Program-made: the position numbers and the translations under genes | From: a virus | Lineage: Duplodnaviria > Caudoviricetes | DNA: 64,000 nt | Reading direction: 5' to 3' (one strand) | IMG/VR virus record: IMGVR_UViG_3300029825_000006 | Coordinates: 2,646-66,645 of that record | In this document: piece after piece, positions 17,350 through 27,277 of the stretch | Numbering within the stretch: position 1 is the stretch's first letter | How the letters are laid out: every line of letters starts with the position of its first letter | The notes under the pieces: generated by a model | What the model saw: the letters and a program-made list of their open reading frames with translations, nothing else | Database searches by the model: none | What the model was told of the DNA's origin: nothing

Positions 17350-17679
17350 TTATTCAGACTCCCTAAGTCTCTTTTGAATAGTATCTATATCTAAATTTTG
17401 CTTCTCAACAATTAATTCATTAATTGCATTTTGAACATCAAAAATAGTATATTCGTTATAAAAATTTTCTTTCCAAATTTCAATTGCAAATGGATTGATT
17501 GTTACTCTTCTATTCTTAGAACGAACAGAAAATGCTTCACTCATATCATGCAAAGTTCTTTGATTTCTATTAATTAACTCAACGCAAACTTTTTCTGCTT
17601 TAATACTAATTATATATTTATTTTTTAAATATGACAATTGGTCTTTATCAAGCAATTTAATATTTCTACGATTTAACAT
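17350..17679 (-). CDS. Hypothetical protein
   Basis: 109 aa, GGAGGTG SD, downstream of a promoter. Confidence 0.7.
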   Translation of the reverse strand: MLNRRNIKLLDKDQLSYLKNKYIISIKAEKVCVELINRNQRTLHDMSEAFSVRSKNRRVTINPFAIEIWKENFYNEYTIFDVQNAINELIVEKQNLDIDTIQKRLRESE

Positions 17680-17702
17680 AATTTCACCTCCAGTCTATTA
17701 TA

Positions 17703-17731
17703 ATTATATCATATTTTTCATTAAATGTAAA
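17703..17731 (-). promoter_or_regulatory. Sigma-A-type promoter (family P)
   Basis: TTTACA-17-TATAAT with TG. Confidence 0.7.
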
Positions 17732-17740
17732 TATTAATTA

Positions 17741-18910
17741 TTAATCTTCTTCATCGAATTCATCATTAAATTCATTTAATTCTATATCAAGTTTATAAAT
17801 TATTTTTGCGATTAACGTATCCCAATATGAATTTAATAAATCATCATCTGTGATATAGATTTCTTTAATAAAGTTATTTATTTCCATTTGATTAATTTCA
17901 TTATATAGTATATAATAACTAACTACAAAAATTTCATATTGAATAAATTTATTTAATATATTATCATTATTTATTGCAAGCATATCAATTTCTTTAGCAT
18001 CTCTTAATTCTAAAAATATTGAATTATTTTCGTCGAAAATAGTATCTTTAACATTAAATAATATATAACTATCTTTTATATTGTGACAAATATCATAATA
18101 CTCACTTTTTCCATAAACATTATCACCATAATTCCACCAGTATAATTCATACTTATCGATATGTTCTGCATAATCTGCCATATCTATTAAATTATTAATA
18201 TATCTATCCATCAAATCTTTGTTAAACATATCTGGAGTATAAATATGTGTTGAGATATATGCTTCATCATTTAATTCATATTCAAATTCCAACCTTTTAC
18301 GAAATGCACTTTCACTTTCATTTTTCTTCTGACGTATTTGTGCCTTTCTTATATTAATTATTGCCAATTTATAAATTGGAACATCAGGAAATACATCTGA
18401 AACTATAAATATATATCTATATAGTTGTTCCAAATAGTCTTCATAATTCGGTCGATTTTTCGATGTTTTATAATCAACGATTATAAAACCTTTTTCAGTT
18501 AATATTAATAAGTCTATAATTCCTAAAAAATTATGAATATATCCTTTTCTAGAAGGTAATCTTGCAATGAGTTCTAACTCATGAATTTCTTCTAATAATT
18601 CTAATTGTTCACCTGTAGAACTATCATATAATAATTCTTTAAATATAGTATCCTTATGCTTAAAATATCCACCGACCATACATTCTGATAACAATTGCTC
18701 AAAAGTAAAATTATTTGCTTGATAAAAATTTCCTTCATTTTTAAAAAATTCATCCAAATGAATAGTATTATTTTCGATACCGTAATGAACACTAGAACCA
18801 ATTGTTAATGCAGGTTTTTTAGTTTTAAGAGACAATCCTATTTTATATATTGCTTTATATTTTTTTGGATTTGAAATAAGTGTTGATAACTTCGAATGAC
18901 TAAGTCTCAT
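17741..18910 (-). CDS. PD-(D/E)XK exonuclease (Cas4/RecB-like phage recombination nuclease)
   Basis: LSHSKL, GSSVH, E, GIIDLL, IVDYKTS, QLYRY. Confidence 0.85.
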   Translation of the reverse strand: MRLSHSKLSTLISNPKKYKAIYKIGLSLKTKKPALTIGSSVHYGIENNTIHLDEFFKNEGNFYQANNFTFEQLLSECMVGGYFKHKDTIFKELLYDSSTGEQLELLEEIHELELIARLPSRKGYIHNFLGIIDLLILTEKGFIIVDYKTSKNRPNYEDYLEQLYRYIFIVSDVFPDVPIYKLAIINIRKAQIRQKKNESESAFRKRLEFEYELNDEAYISTHIYTPDMFNKDLMDRYINNLIDMADYAEHIDKYELYWWNYGDNVYGKSEYYDICHNIKDSYILFNVKDTIFDENNSIFLELRDAKEIDMLAINNDNILNKFIQYEIFVVSYYILYNEINQMEINNFIKEIYITDDDLLNSYWDTLIAKIIYKLDIELNEFNDEFDEED

Positions 18911-19482
18911 ATTTTAGCAAAACCTTCTTCGATTAATTCATCTATTGTATACCATTTATTATCTTCATTTTCAAGGTCATAATCTAAACAAATTCGAAGA
19001 GACTCTTCAATTTTTCTAACGTAATAATCACTTATAATATTATTTAACCATTTTAATATTGGCTTTTGATTGATTAAAACAGCGCAAGTTTCAATATTTA
19101 TAATTTTATTTTCTTCTAATTTGCCAACAGCAATAACTTTTTCTTTATATTCTACCTTTTCTAAATATTTTTTAATTCTATTAATTCGTGTTTCAGTTCC
19201 CCAATAACAGACTTCTTTTTTTGTAGTTTCAATTAATATTTCTTCAGTTGCAATAGATATAATTTCATCGTTCTGTAAAATATTATATTTAGTTCTATCA
19301 AAAATTTCAGTAAAACTGTCTTTAGTATACTCTATAAACTCATCATTATAAGATATTAAAATAGAATTATCTTTTATAGAGTCATAAATTTCTTTAATCA
19401 TTTCAATACTTAATTTTTCTTTACCATCAATTTCTTTCAATTCTTTTTTCCTCCTATTAATACTATTATACCATATTTTCAT
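18907..19482 (-). CDS. Hypothetical protein
   Basis: 191 aa ORF coupled to the exonuclease start. Confidence 0.6.
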   Translation of the reverse strand: MKIWYNSINRRKKELKEIDGKEKLSIEMIKEIYDSIKDNSILISYNDEFIEYTKDSFTEIFDRTKYNILQNDEIISIATEEILIETTKKEVCYWGTETRINRIKKYLEKVEYKEKVIAVGKLEENKIINIETCAVLINQKPILKWLNNIISDYYVRKIEESLRICLDYDLENEDNKWYTIDELIEEGFAKI

Positions 19483-19499
19483 TAAAAAGTAAATAGTAT

Positions 19500-19937
19500 T
19501 TAATTAATTTTGATTAAATTAATATTTGCATGATTTGCAATTTTCATCGTTAACTCATATTCTTTATGATAGATTTCTTTAAAATAAATATTTTTAATAC
19601 CATGTTGAATTAAAATATTTAAACAATTATGACAGGGTGAATGAGTTATATAAATATCAGTGTCATTACAACTTATTCCCATTCTACAAGCATTTGCAAT
19701 AGCATTAAGTTCTGCATGAATTACATAATTATATTTTTCTTCAGAATGCCAATCAAATTCTAATGTCGATTTTCTTGCTGAGCCATTATAGCCAATTCCT
19801 ACTACGCAACCATCTTTAACTAATACTGCGCCAACTTTTGTTTTAGGGTCTTCAGAACGCTCTGAAACTACTTTTGCAATTTTAAAATATAATTCTTCCC
19901 AACTAATTCTATTTTCGTTTTCGTTTAATTCTAACAT
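19500..19937 (-). CDS. dCMP deaminase
   Basis: RSEDP.TKVGAV, HAELNA, PCHNC. Confidence 0.93.
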   Translation of the reverse strand: MLELNENENRISWEELYFKIAKVVSERSEDPKTKVGAVLVKDGCVVGIGYNGSARKSTLEFDWHSEEKYNYVIHAELNAIANACRMGISCNDTDIYITHSPCHNCLNILIQHGIKNIYFKEIYHKEYELTMKIANHANINLIKIN

Positions 19938-20097
19938 ATCTTATCTCCATTTTATTAATAATTATTAAATCTTGAATATTAATAAATTCAACTTGACTTT
20001 GTATTAATTTATTAAAATTATTTATATATTCTTGACTACACTCAATTGTTAATAATGAAAAGAATTTATTTTTTATATAAATTTTTAATTGATACAA
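19909..20097 (-). CDS. Hypothetical protein
   Basis: 62 aa, GAGGTG SD. Confidence 0.55.
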   Translation of the reverse strand: MYQLKIYIKNKFFSLLTIECSQEYINNFNKLIQSQVEFINIQDLIIINKMEIRYVRIKRKRK

Positions 20098-20109
20098 ATT
20101 ATCACCTCT

Positions 20110-21165
20110 TTATTTATACATATATAATGATTTTCTTGCTCTTGTAATAGCAGTGTATAGCCATTTTTTAAAATCATCATATTGCGTTCCTTCAACTACT
20201 ACAAATACTTTTTCAAATTCACTTCCTTGTGATTTATGACATGTTATTGCGTATGCATAATCAACTATATGAATATTCATACTTGTTTGATAATTTGCAG
20301 ATAATTTATTTGTAGTATCAGCAAGAATATGTGTATTAATATATATCTTTTGCGTATTACCATTATCATCTAGGACAATTACTTCTGCAAAATTATAACT
20401 ATCATTTATATTAATAATCTCAACAATTTGAACAATTGAACCATTCATTAAACCTGTCGATTTATTATTTCGAAGAACCATTAATTTTTCACCAACGTCT
20501 ATTAAATGCGTATAATGATATATCTTTTCACGAATAATCTTATTTAAATTATTTCTAGTTTTATTATATCTACAAATAACAATGCTGTCTTCATCGATTA
20601 AATTCAAATCTCTAACAATATTATTTCTTTTAAACATTACGTTTTCATATGATGTTTTTATAATTTTATCCATTCGAACATCTGTTGCAAAATCCAATAA
20701 ACCACCATCATTTCTAAAAACATGTGTTAAAAATATATCGGGATTTTCTAATATTGTGCTTGTCCCAAATACAGGTGGTAATTGCGCAGGGTCGCCAAGA
20801 CCTATTATAGGAATTCCAGTGTTAATTAAATCTTTTAACAAATCATCAGAAACCATTGATATTTCATCAACGATTAATAAATCTTCTGTAAATTCATCAT
20901 GATGTTTTTTTACAAAAATTAATTTATTATTTTCATCGAGTTTTGCAAAATATAAATATGAGTGAATTGTTTTAGCGTTTGAATGTAAAACTTTTGCTGC
21001 TTTACCAGTAGGAGTTAAAAAAGCAACATTATACTCAAGAAGATTTAAAATCTCAGGAACTTTTCTTGCAAGTGTTGTTTTACCGCATCCTGCGTATCCG
21101 CTGATAATAAAAATTCTATCGTTCTCATAATTATACCAATTAATTATTTTTTCTATATTGTCCAT
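20110..21165 (-). CDS. SF1B Dda/RecD-like helicase
   Basis: GYAGCGKTT, VDEISMV, GDPAQLPPV, YAITCHKSQGSEF, YTAITRA. Confidence 0.92.
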   Translation of the reverse strand: MDNIEKIINWYNYENDRIFIISGYAGCGKTTLARKVPEILNLLEYNVAFLTPTGKAAKVLHSNAKTIHSYLYFAKLDENNKLIFVKKHHDEFTEDLLIVDEISMVSDDLLKDLINTGIPIIGLGDPAQLPPVFGTSTILENPDIFLTHVFRNDGGLLDFATDVRMDKIIKTSYENVMFKRNNIVRDLNLIDEDSIVICRYNKTRNNLNKIIREKIYHYTHLIDVGEKLMVLRNNKSTGLMNGSIVQIVEIININDSYNFAEVIVLDDNGNTQKIYINTHILADTTNKLSANYQTSMNIHIVDYAYAITCHKSQGSEFEKVFVVVEGTQYDDFKKWLYTAITRARKSLYMYK

Positions 21166-21482
21166 TATAAGTCTCCTTCATGTTTCATAATATCATCAAA
21201 GAACTTCTTAAATTCTTCAATACTATCAACGCATATATAATATATCCCTAAATCTTTAAATCTTCTAGCCCATGTTTCTTGCATAGTAGACATTGAACCA
21301 TTTGGTTGTTTAACTTCAATTTCAATGTGTTTACCATTGAATATAACATATAAATCAGGAAGTCCTTTTTTATAAGCAAAACCTCCAGCCTGACGTCTAA
21401 ATTGTAAAATTTTATAACCATTATTTTCCAATATTGTTAAATACTTAACTATTTCTGCCTTAATTCCTCCTTCAGGTGTCAT
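21165..21482 (-). CDS. VRR-NUC-family nuclease / resolvase
   Basis: E...., GLPDL, IEIEVKQP.G.MS..Q..W. Confidence 0.88.
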   Translation of the reverse strand: MTPEGGIKAEIVKYLTILENNGYKILQFRRQAGGFAYKKGLPDLYVIFNGKHIEIEVKQPNGSMSTMQETWARRFKDLGIYYICVDSIEEFKKFFDDIMKHEGDL

Positions 21483-22231
21483 TTTAAATCAACATACTCT
21501 GAAACTAATTCTTTTATTAATTTATAAGTTTCATCATCTGAGTAAAACATTAATATTCGTTTTACATTAGTATCTTTAGGTTGAATATACATTTTTTCTT
21601 CATATTCTTCAGTAAAACCATATTCAGTTTCTTTATCTTCTGAAACTATTTCTTCCTCAATTTCGTTATCTACTTGTTTATTCATATCATATATTCTTTT
21701 TGCTTCCGCAATATCTAACACTTCTAAATAAATACTTTCTAATTCAGTGTCGTCACTAATTGTTTTAATAATATTTAATTCATTTTTAATTTTTTCAATT
21801 TTTGAAATCAATTCTTTTTTCCAGTCAGCACTTAAATTTAACCAACGATTTTCAAAGATTTTTTCAAATTCAACAGGACTTTCTAATTTTTCAAACAATT
21901 CATAAATTTCTGTTAATCTTATATCTTTTAAAACTTCTTCATACGCGCCAAGTTTTTTATCAATAATATTAATTGGTTCATCAACTAAAGCAATTAAACT
22001 ATCAATATCTTTCTTTAAATCTTTTGATAATCTTTTACGTTCTGCGTCAACTTTATTTTTTACTTTAACTAATTCCGCTCTGTCTTTTTTTACAGACTTA
22101 TAACTTTCATCATCGTCAACATCTTTTTCACTATAAACTTTTAATTCACTTTTAACTTTATTTTTAAATGCGTCGAAACCACTGATTTTTAGTGTTTCAA
22201 ATCCATCGACGACTAAAATTTCTTTTGCCAT
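21479..22231 (-). CDS. DUF1351-like coiled-coil protein
   Basis: KKDRAELVKVK..VDAERKR...; ENRWLNLS. Confidence 0.7.
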   Translation of the reverse strand: MAKEILVVDGFETLKISGFDAFKNKVKSELKVYSEKDVDDDESYKSVKKDRAELVKVKNKVDAERKRLSKDLKKDIDSLIALVDEPINIIDKKLGAYEEVLKDIRLTEIYELFEKLESPVEFEKIFENRWLNLSADWKKELISKIEKIKNELNIIKTISDDTELESIYLEVLDIAEAKRIYDMNKQVDNEIEEEIVSEDKETEYGFTEEYEEKMYIQPKDTNVKRILMFYSDDETYKLIKELVSEYVDLK

Positions 22232-22243
22232 TTTATTTCTCCT

Positions 22244-22549
22244 TTATTTTATTTCTAAATTTTCACTGCAAATATATACTTCTTTAAAATTCGATGAATA
22301 TATATAATGATTTAATTTTATTTGTAAATCTAATTTACAAGTTTCTATAAACTTATTAATATAACTACAATGATAATTATATTCATCTTCACTATAGAAT
22401 ACATAAATGTTTGGATGTAATTTTTGAATTTCTTCAATTGTTTCTTTAATTGAAATTGATACATATTCTATCACTTCAACTCGTCGTTTATTATACTGAG
22501 GTAAAGAGTTTTTAAAAGTATCCCAACTAAATACTGGTATCTTTTCCAT
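22244..22549 (-). CDS. Hypothetical protein
   Basis: 101 aa with SD. Confidence 0.55.
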   Translation of the reverse strand: MEKIPVFSWDTFKNSLPQYNKRRVEVIEYVSISIKETIEEIQKLHPNIYVFYSEDEYNYHCSYINKFIETCKLDLQIKLNHYIYSSNFKEVYICSENLEIK

Positions 22550-22733
22550 TATTTCGTTCCTTCCGATAAAAATCTTTTTTTAATTTTTTTGCTTCTCGAA
22601 TAATTTCTTTTTTATTAGAAATTTTCATAATACTCCACTGATTATCACTAATATTTACACCTTTAGGTTTTTTTAATTTCATATTTAAAATCCTAATTTC
22701 GTTACTAACGCAACAATCATAAATGCTAACCAA
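22527..22733 (-). CDS. Hypothetical protein (start uncertain)
   Basis: 68 aa ORF. Confidence 0.35.
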   Translation of the reverse strand: MVSIYDCCVSNEIRILNMKLKKPKGVNISDNQWSIMKISNKKEIIREAKKLKKDFYRKERNNGKDTSI

Positions 22734-22878
22734 AACATATTTACTATATATCCTTTAGCAAGTTCATCTTCTTCGCCAAGAATTCCAATAATGTTTGCTA
22801 CAACTTTAATAGAATAAAGTATTATTCCAATAATATAAATTACTTTCATATTTCCTCCCTTTATAATATTTTATTTAT

Positions 22879-22956
22879 AATTTAACTTCAGATAACTTTT
22901 AAATTATTTTATATATAAATACCTATACAAAATTAAAGTTTATTCTATGTCAAATT
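22879..22956. repeat. Degenerate F2 hairpin element overlapping the helicase stop
   Basis: AATTTAACTTCAGATAACTTT ... AAAGTTTATTCTATGTCAAATT, 78 bp, core TATATAAATAC. Confidence 0.5.
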
Positions 22957-24493
22957 CTAAAAATTCTTTTTTAACATCTGCCTCAAACATTTTAGTATTA
23001 TAATCTGTAGTCTCTTTTAAACTATTTAACATACTATAATCTAACCAATTTTGTTGATAAAACATATGATAAAATACTGTTTTATCTTGTCCAATTCTAT
23101 GTTGACGTTTAATTCCTTGTGCGAAATCTTTATATAATGGAACAGAAGACATTATGCATTGATTATATAATTGCCAGTTCATTCCCGTTGAACCACTTGC
23201 AAAATTTGCCAAGATTACTCGTCTATTTGAAGAAAATTTTTCTTCATTTGACATTTTCTCATATTGTTCATAAAAATATAACGATTTAACTTCACCTGAA
23301 TATACATCAATTTTATATCCTAATTTTTCGCAAATATCATATAATTCATATAATTCAGGAGTATAATTATAAAATATTATATAATTGTCTCTATAATCTT
23401 TTAAAAATTGTTGTATATCATCTAATCTAGTTTTATCAAACCATTGATGATTTTCAGAATTTCCTTGAAAACCTATTGATGCTTGACGACATCTTAACCA
23501 AAATGTTCCAGTCGTTTCTCCTAACCATGTTGTTTCCGGAAATGCTAAATTTCGATAAAATGGGTTATTTGCTAATACTTCACCTTTTGATTTTTCGATA
23601 ATAAATTCATCATCTAAATAATTATATTTTCGATTGTTTAATTCTTGTTTTATGTCATTCCAAGGTAATTTTTCATTTGTAATAAATTTAAAAGTTTTTG
23701 AAATACTTGATTTATGATAAATAAATATCTGTTTAGGTAATTTAATAACATCATCACTTTCTAAAGTTAATGCGTATCGATGAATTAACGCATACAATTG
23801 TTCAATATTTTTATATGCAACAATTGGTTGTTGCCATTCGTATAAACCTGCAATATTTCCTTTTATGCAAAAACTATCAGTGAAATAACTTTTAGTTTTA
23901 TCATATCCTAACAATTTTAATTGTGAATATAAATCAATATATCCTTGTGTAAAAGGTGTTCCTGAAAGTAAATACATATTGAGTTTTTTTGCCTTTAACT
24001 TTAGCAATTTTTTTATTTTTATAATCATTTTTGTAGTAATTGAAGATAAGTTTTTAACTCTATGAGACTCATCTAAAATAACTGTAACGTTTTGATTTTT
24101 GCAACTATTAATAAATTCTTCAATTAACGGTGATAATTTTCGTTCTTTATCACCTTTTCTATTAATAAATTGTTTGTGAATTGACTCATAATTAATTAAT
24201 AACATTTGATTATTTTCATTTATATCTTCGATTTTATCTGTTTTACTTATAAGTTCATAATCTTTTTCCATATGACAAGCCCAATTAAACCAAGAACCTT
24301 TAATATTTGCAAGTTCTATTGCTTTTGAGTTAATCGATATTACTAATATTTTTGTTGATTTATTTGCTTCTGCAAATCCTAAACTTATTGGTGTTTTTCC
24401 AAGTCCCATATCTAAGAATAAACCAAAATTATCTCTATCTTTAAATTTATCTACAATTTGTTTTTGCCAATCGTATAATTTAGAATATATCAT
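22940..24493 (-). CDS. SF2 (SNF2-like) helicase
   Basis: FLDMGLGKT, ILDESH, LSGTP, SGSTGMN, QGIKRQHRIGQ. Confidence 0.9.
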   Translation of the reverse strand: MIYSKLYDWQKQIVDKFKDRDNFGLFLDMGLGKTPISLGFAEANKSTKILVISINSKAIELANIKGSWFNWACHMEKDYELISKTDKIEDINENNQMLLINYESIHKQFINRKGDKERKLSPLIEEFINSCKNQNVTVILDESHRVKNLSSITTKMIIKIKKLLKLKAKKLNMYLLSGTPFTQGYIDLYSQLKLLGYDKTKSYFTDSFCIKGNIAGLYEWQQPIVAYKNIEQLYALIHRYALTLESDDVIKLPKQIFIYHKSSISKTFKFITNEKLPWNDIKQELNNRKYNYLDDEFIIEKSKGEVLANNPFYRNLAFPETTWLGETTGTFWLRCRQASIGFQGNSENHQWFDKTRLDDIQQFLKDYRDNYIIFYNYTPELYELYDICEKLGYKIDVYSGEVKSLYFYEQYEKMSNEEKFSSNRRVILANFASGSTGMNWQLYNQCIMSSVPLYKDFAQGIKRQHRIGQDKTVFYHMFYQQNWLDYSMLNSLKETTDYNTKMFEADVKKEFLEFDIE

Positions 24494-25157
24494 GTTCTAA
24501 AAATCCTAAAGCACATTTATCATAATAAACATCTGCAGCCAATTTTGAAAATTGATTTTTATTAAGTATTATTTTTTCGACTAATCCATTTTTCTCTGTA
24601 ATAGTAATAATTTCTAGAAAATATGCGTATGACATTTTTAAAATATTATTTTCATTAAAAATATATGTTTCGACCACTCTTTTTCTTAAATGTGTAAATT
24701 TTGGATATCGCTGTAATATTCTTTCATCATGTTCAGATAATAATTTTTCTGGTAATATATTAATCACATCAGAGTAATCAAGTAAATAGGCTAGAGCAAT
24801 TTCTCTTGATAATTCCCATTCGCCATTTTTTGATTTTTTTACGTATAAGTTTAAATCATCATCAAATTTATATATATAATCACGTAATTCAATATTAACT
24901 AAAACTTTAAATATAGAATTTGATATAACTTTTAATTTTTTAAACGCAAATTTTTTAAGTATTTTTTGAGTTTCTAAACTTAAGTTTTTATTTACATTAT
25001 AATTTATATTCATAATATTTTTTTTGAACCTCTTTTCTCTAATTTTTTCATCTACATACATGTTTTCATTTTTAATATATATCATTCCAAAAATAATAAT
25101 ACCAATTGTTACAACCAATAATATGGTAATGACTGCAATTTCTTCTATTTTATACAT
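24480..25157 (-). CDS. Hypothetical protein with an N-terminal membrane anchor
   Basis: IAVITILLVVTIGIIIFGMIYI hydrophobic stretch. Confidence 0.6.
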   Translation of the reverse strand: MYKIEEIAVITILLVVTIGIIIFGMIYIKNENMYVDEKIREKRFKKNIMNINYNVNKNLSLETQKILKKFAFKKLKVISNSIFKVLVNIELRDYIYKFDDDLNLYVKKSKNGEWELSREIALAYLLDYSDVINILPEKLLSEHDERILQRYPKFTHLRKRVVETYIFNENNILKMSYAYFLEIITITEKNGLVEKIILNKNQFSKLAADVYYDKCALGFLEHDIF

Positions 25158-25309
25158 ATTTTACCAACATTTTTACTTCAATTTTCCACTCAAGTTCTTC
25201 ATTTGTTCCTTGTCTAACTAAAGAAACGTATCTTTTTTTAGAATAAAATTTTGTAATTTTCCAAATTCCTGAAATTACATCAGTTTTAAATTTTACTAAA
25301 TCACCGACA

Positions 25310-25531
25310 TTAAAATTCATTATTTACTTCGTCCTCTTCTTTTCTATTTTCTTTAATAAATTTTGACCTACATGTGAATGAACAAAAATTTCCATAAATA
25401 TTCCACTCAGAGTAAGTTTTCCTACAACCAGAATATCCACAAATTCTTGATTTTTTTCTTTTTTCAGGAATACCATAATAATTAATAAAATCACCAAGAC
25501 CTTTTGTCGATATATTTCTAATCTCACGCAT
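25310..25531 (-). CDS. Small Zn-finger-like protein
   Basis: CGYSGC...FCSFTC. Confidence 0.6.
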   Translation of the reverse strand: MREIRNISTKGLGDFINYYGIPEKRKKSRICGYSGCRKTYSEWNIYGNFCSFTCRSKFIKENRKEEDEVNNEF

Positions 25532-25711
25532 TTTGTAATCGAATAACTAAAGTAAATAATCGTTTCGGAAATTTTTTATTCAATCGTTCAATTATAAAAA
25601 ATCCCTTTTTTATTGTTTGAATATTATTTACTCGAACAATAGCACCAGAAACTAACCGTTGTCTAACTTCAATACACATACATTTCTCCTCCTTTAAATA
25701 TAAGTGTTTCC

Positions 25712-25791
25712 AAATTTGACTTCTATTAAACTTTAATATTGTATAAGTATTTATATTAATACATGTTTAAAGTTTAATAGAAGTCAAATTT
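25712..25791. repeat. F2 hairpin element
   Basis: Perfect 24-bp inverted repeat AAATTTGACTTCTATTAAACTTTA; TATAAATACTTATA on the minus strand in the loop. Confidence 0.88.
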
Positions 25792-25809
25792 GATATTAAA
25801 TTTGTTAAA

Positions 25810-26361
25810 CTATATCACCCCTTCTTTTAAATCTATTCTAAATTCTTCTAATTGTCGTTTAATTTTCCTACTAACATGTGGTTGCGATATGTTCAATTTC
25901 TTTGAAATTTCTTTTTGTTTATAGCCAAAAAGATATAATTTTAGAACTTTTCCACAACGCGAAAGAACAAAATCATATCTTTCTTTCTTAATTAAATTTT
26001 CAGAAATATTTTCATTTTCATCAGGAATTGTATCGAGTAAATCAATATTATCAAATATTTCTTTATCATATGAAGTTACTATCATTTTATTTTCTTTAGA
26101 TTTTTTACGTCTCAAGTGGATTTTAAATAAGTTTAACCAACAAAACATAGAGAATGTTGTAAAGTTTGCTTTTTCTTCATTAAATAAATGTCGTTTATTC
26201 CATGAATGTATTACTAATTCTTGAACAAAATCTTCATCTTCATAACCTATAACATGATGCTTATGAACAAAACTCCAAGCCAATAAATATAATTGACTAA
26301 TTATCTCATTTTCTAAAGTAGAATTCATTAAGTCTACTTTCTTTACTTCGTTTAGTTTCAT
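25810..26361 (-). CDS. Phage-encoded sigma-70-family (ECF-like) sigma factor
   Basis: Region 2-like EDFVQEL...FNEEKANFTTF; region 4 HTH GYKQKEISKKLNISQPHVSR. Confidence 0.8.
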   Translation of the reverse strand: MKLNEVKKVDLMNSTLENEIISQLYLLAWSFVHKHHVIGYEDEDFVQELVIHSWNKRHLFNEEKANFTTFSMFCWLNLFKIHLRRKKSKENKMIVTSYDKEIFDNIDLLDTIPDENENISENLIKKERYDFVLSRCGKVLKLYLFGYKQKEISKKLNISQPHVSRKIKRQLEEFRIDLKEGVI

Positions 26362-26747
26362 TTATCTATCACCCAATAATTGCCGACAGCAGATTGTCCG
26401 CAATCCCAAGTATCATGAATTAAATTATCTTTAATACAACTTAAATGTTTTCTTACACTAATTATATAAATTTTATTGCTTTTTGCAAAATTCTCAATAA
26501 ATTCATTTACACTGTATCTTGTATTATCTGGTTTTCTAAGTTGTTTTTGCATTGTAAGACCTTTACGTTTCAGATATTCAGAAAATACTCTCTTAGAATT
26601 AACCATGTCATATTTCTCAATAGAAATTTCACTAAGTTCACGAAAAGTTGTTGTCCAATGTTGTTCGAGTGCACTAGATATTGCTCTAATCGCACAATCA
26701 TTGACTTTACGATTTTTTGGATTGTTGTTTTCAAATTTAAAATACAT
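26358..26747 (-). CDS. Conserved phage protein with possible papain-like Cys/His/Asp residues
   Basis: NNPK.RKVNDCAIRAIS...HLSCIKD..IHDTWDC. Confidence 0.6.
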   Translation of the reverse strand: MYFKFENNNPKNRKVNDCAIRAISSALEQHWTTTFRELSEISIEKYDMVNSKRVFSEYLKRKGLTMQKQLRKPDNTRYSVNEFIENFAKSNKIYIISVRKHLSCIKDNLIHDTWDCGQSAVGNYWVIDK

Positions 26748-26786
26748 ACTTCGTCCCCCTTATATATTTCAATTATTTATAATTCT

Positions 26787-26847
26787 ATTATACAACATAA
26801 TTAATCAAATGTAAATAGTTTTTTTAAATTATTTACATTTGATTAAT
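26787..26847 (-). promoter_or_regulatory. Family P promoter with its -35 inside an 18-bp inverted repeat
   Basis: TTTACA-17-TATAAT; ATTAATCAAATGTAAATA (26800..26817) pairs with 26830..26847. Confidence 0.8.
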
Positions 26848-26858
26848 AATTTTTTATT

Positions 26859-27095
26859 TTAACACCAAGTATTCCAACAATTTGTTAAAAAGAAAATTAC
26901 TTCAAAAATTGAGTTAACTTTTTCATAAGTTCCACCACCAACAGGACAATAAATAGATTGACCATTTCTATCAATATAAGTATTCCAATTTAATTCAGTT
27001 TTATTCAATTCACATTCGAATTGAGATGTGTTTTGAAATGGGCTTTTTGAAATGGATGCATAACCATTTTTAAATGTTACATAAAATTTTTTCAT
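26859..27095 (-). CDS. Hypothetical early protein
   Basis: 78 aa, AGGAG SD, flanked by two family P promoters. Confidence 0.65.
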   Translation of the reverse strand: MKKFYVTFKNGYASISKSPFQNTSQFECELNKTELNWNTYIDRNGQSIYCPVGGGTYEKVNSIFEVIFFLTNCWNTWC

Positions 27096-27133
27096 AAATA
27101 TTTGTCTCCTTATTTATATTTATTTATAATACT

Positions 27134-27185
27134 ATTATACCACATAATTAATCAAATGTAAATAGTTTTTTTAAGTTATTTTAAA
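27134..27185 (-). promoter_or_regulatory. Family P promoter
   Basis: TTTACA-17-TATAAT with TG and UP element. Confidence 0.8.
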
Positions 27186-27190
27186 ATTTT

Positions 27191-27272
27191 TTTGTTTCCC
27201 TGAGAACTCTATAAAACTTTTATTAATATTCCTTAATCAATAAAAAGATAAAGTTCTCTGAGGGAAACAAAA
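27191..27272. repeat. F1 hairpin element, copy B (arms inverted relative to A, C and D)
   Basis: Reverse complement matches 47458..47522; outer arms extended TTTGTTTCCC/GGGAAACAAA. Confidence 0.85.
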
Positions 27273-27277
27273 ATATT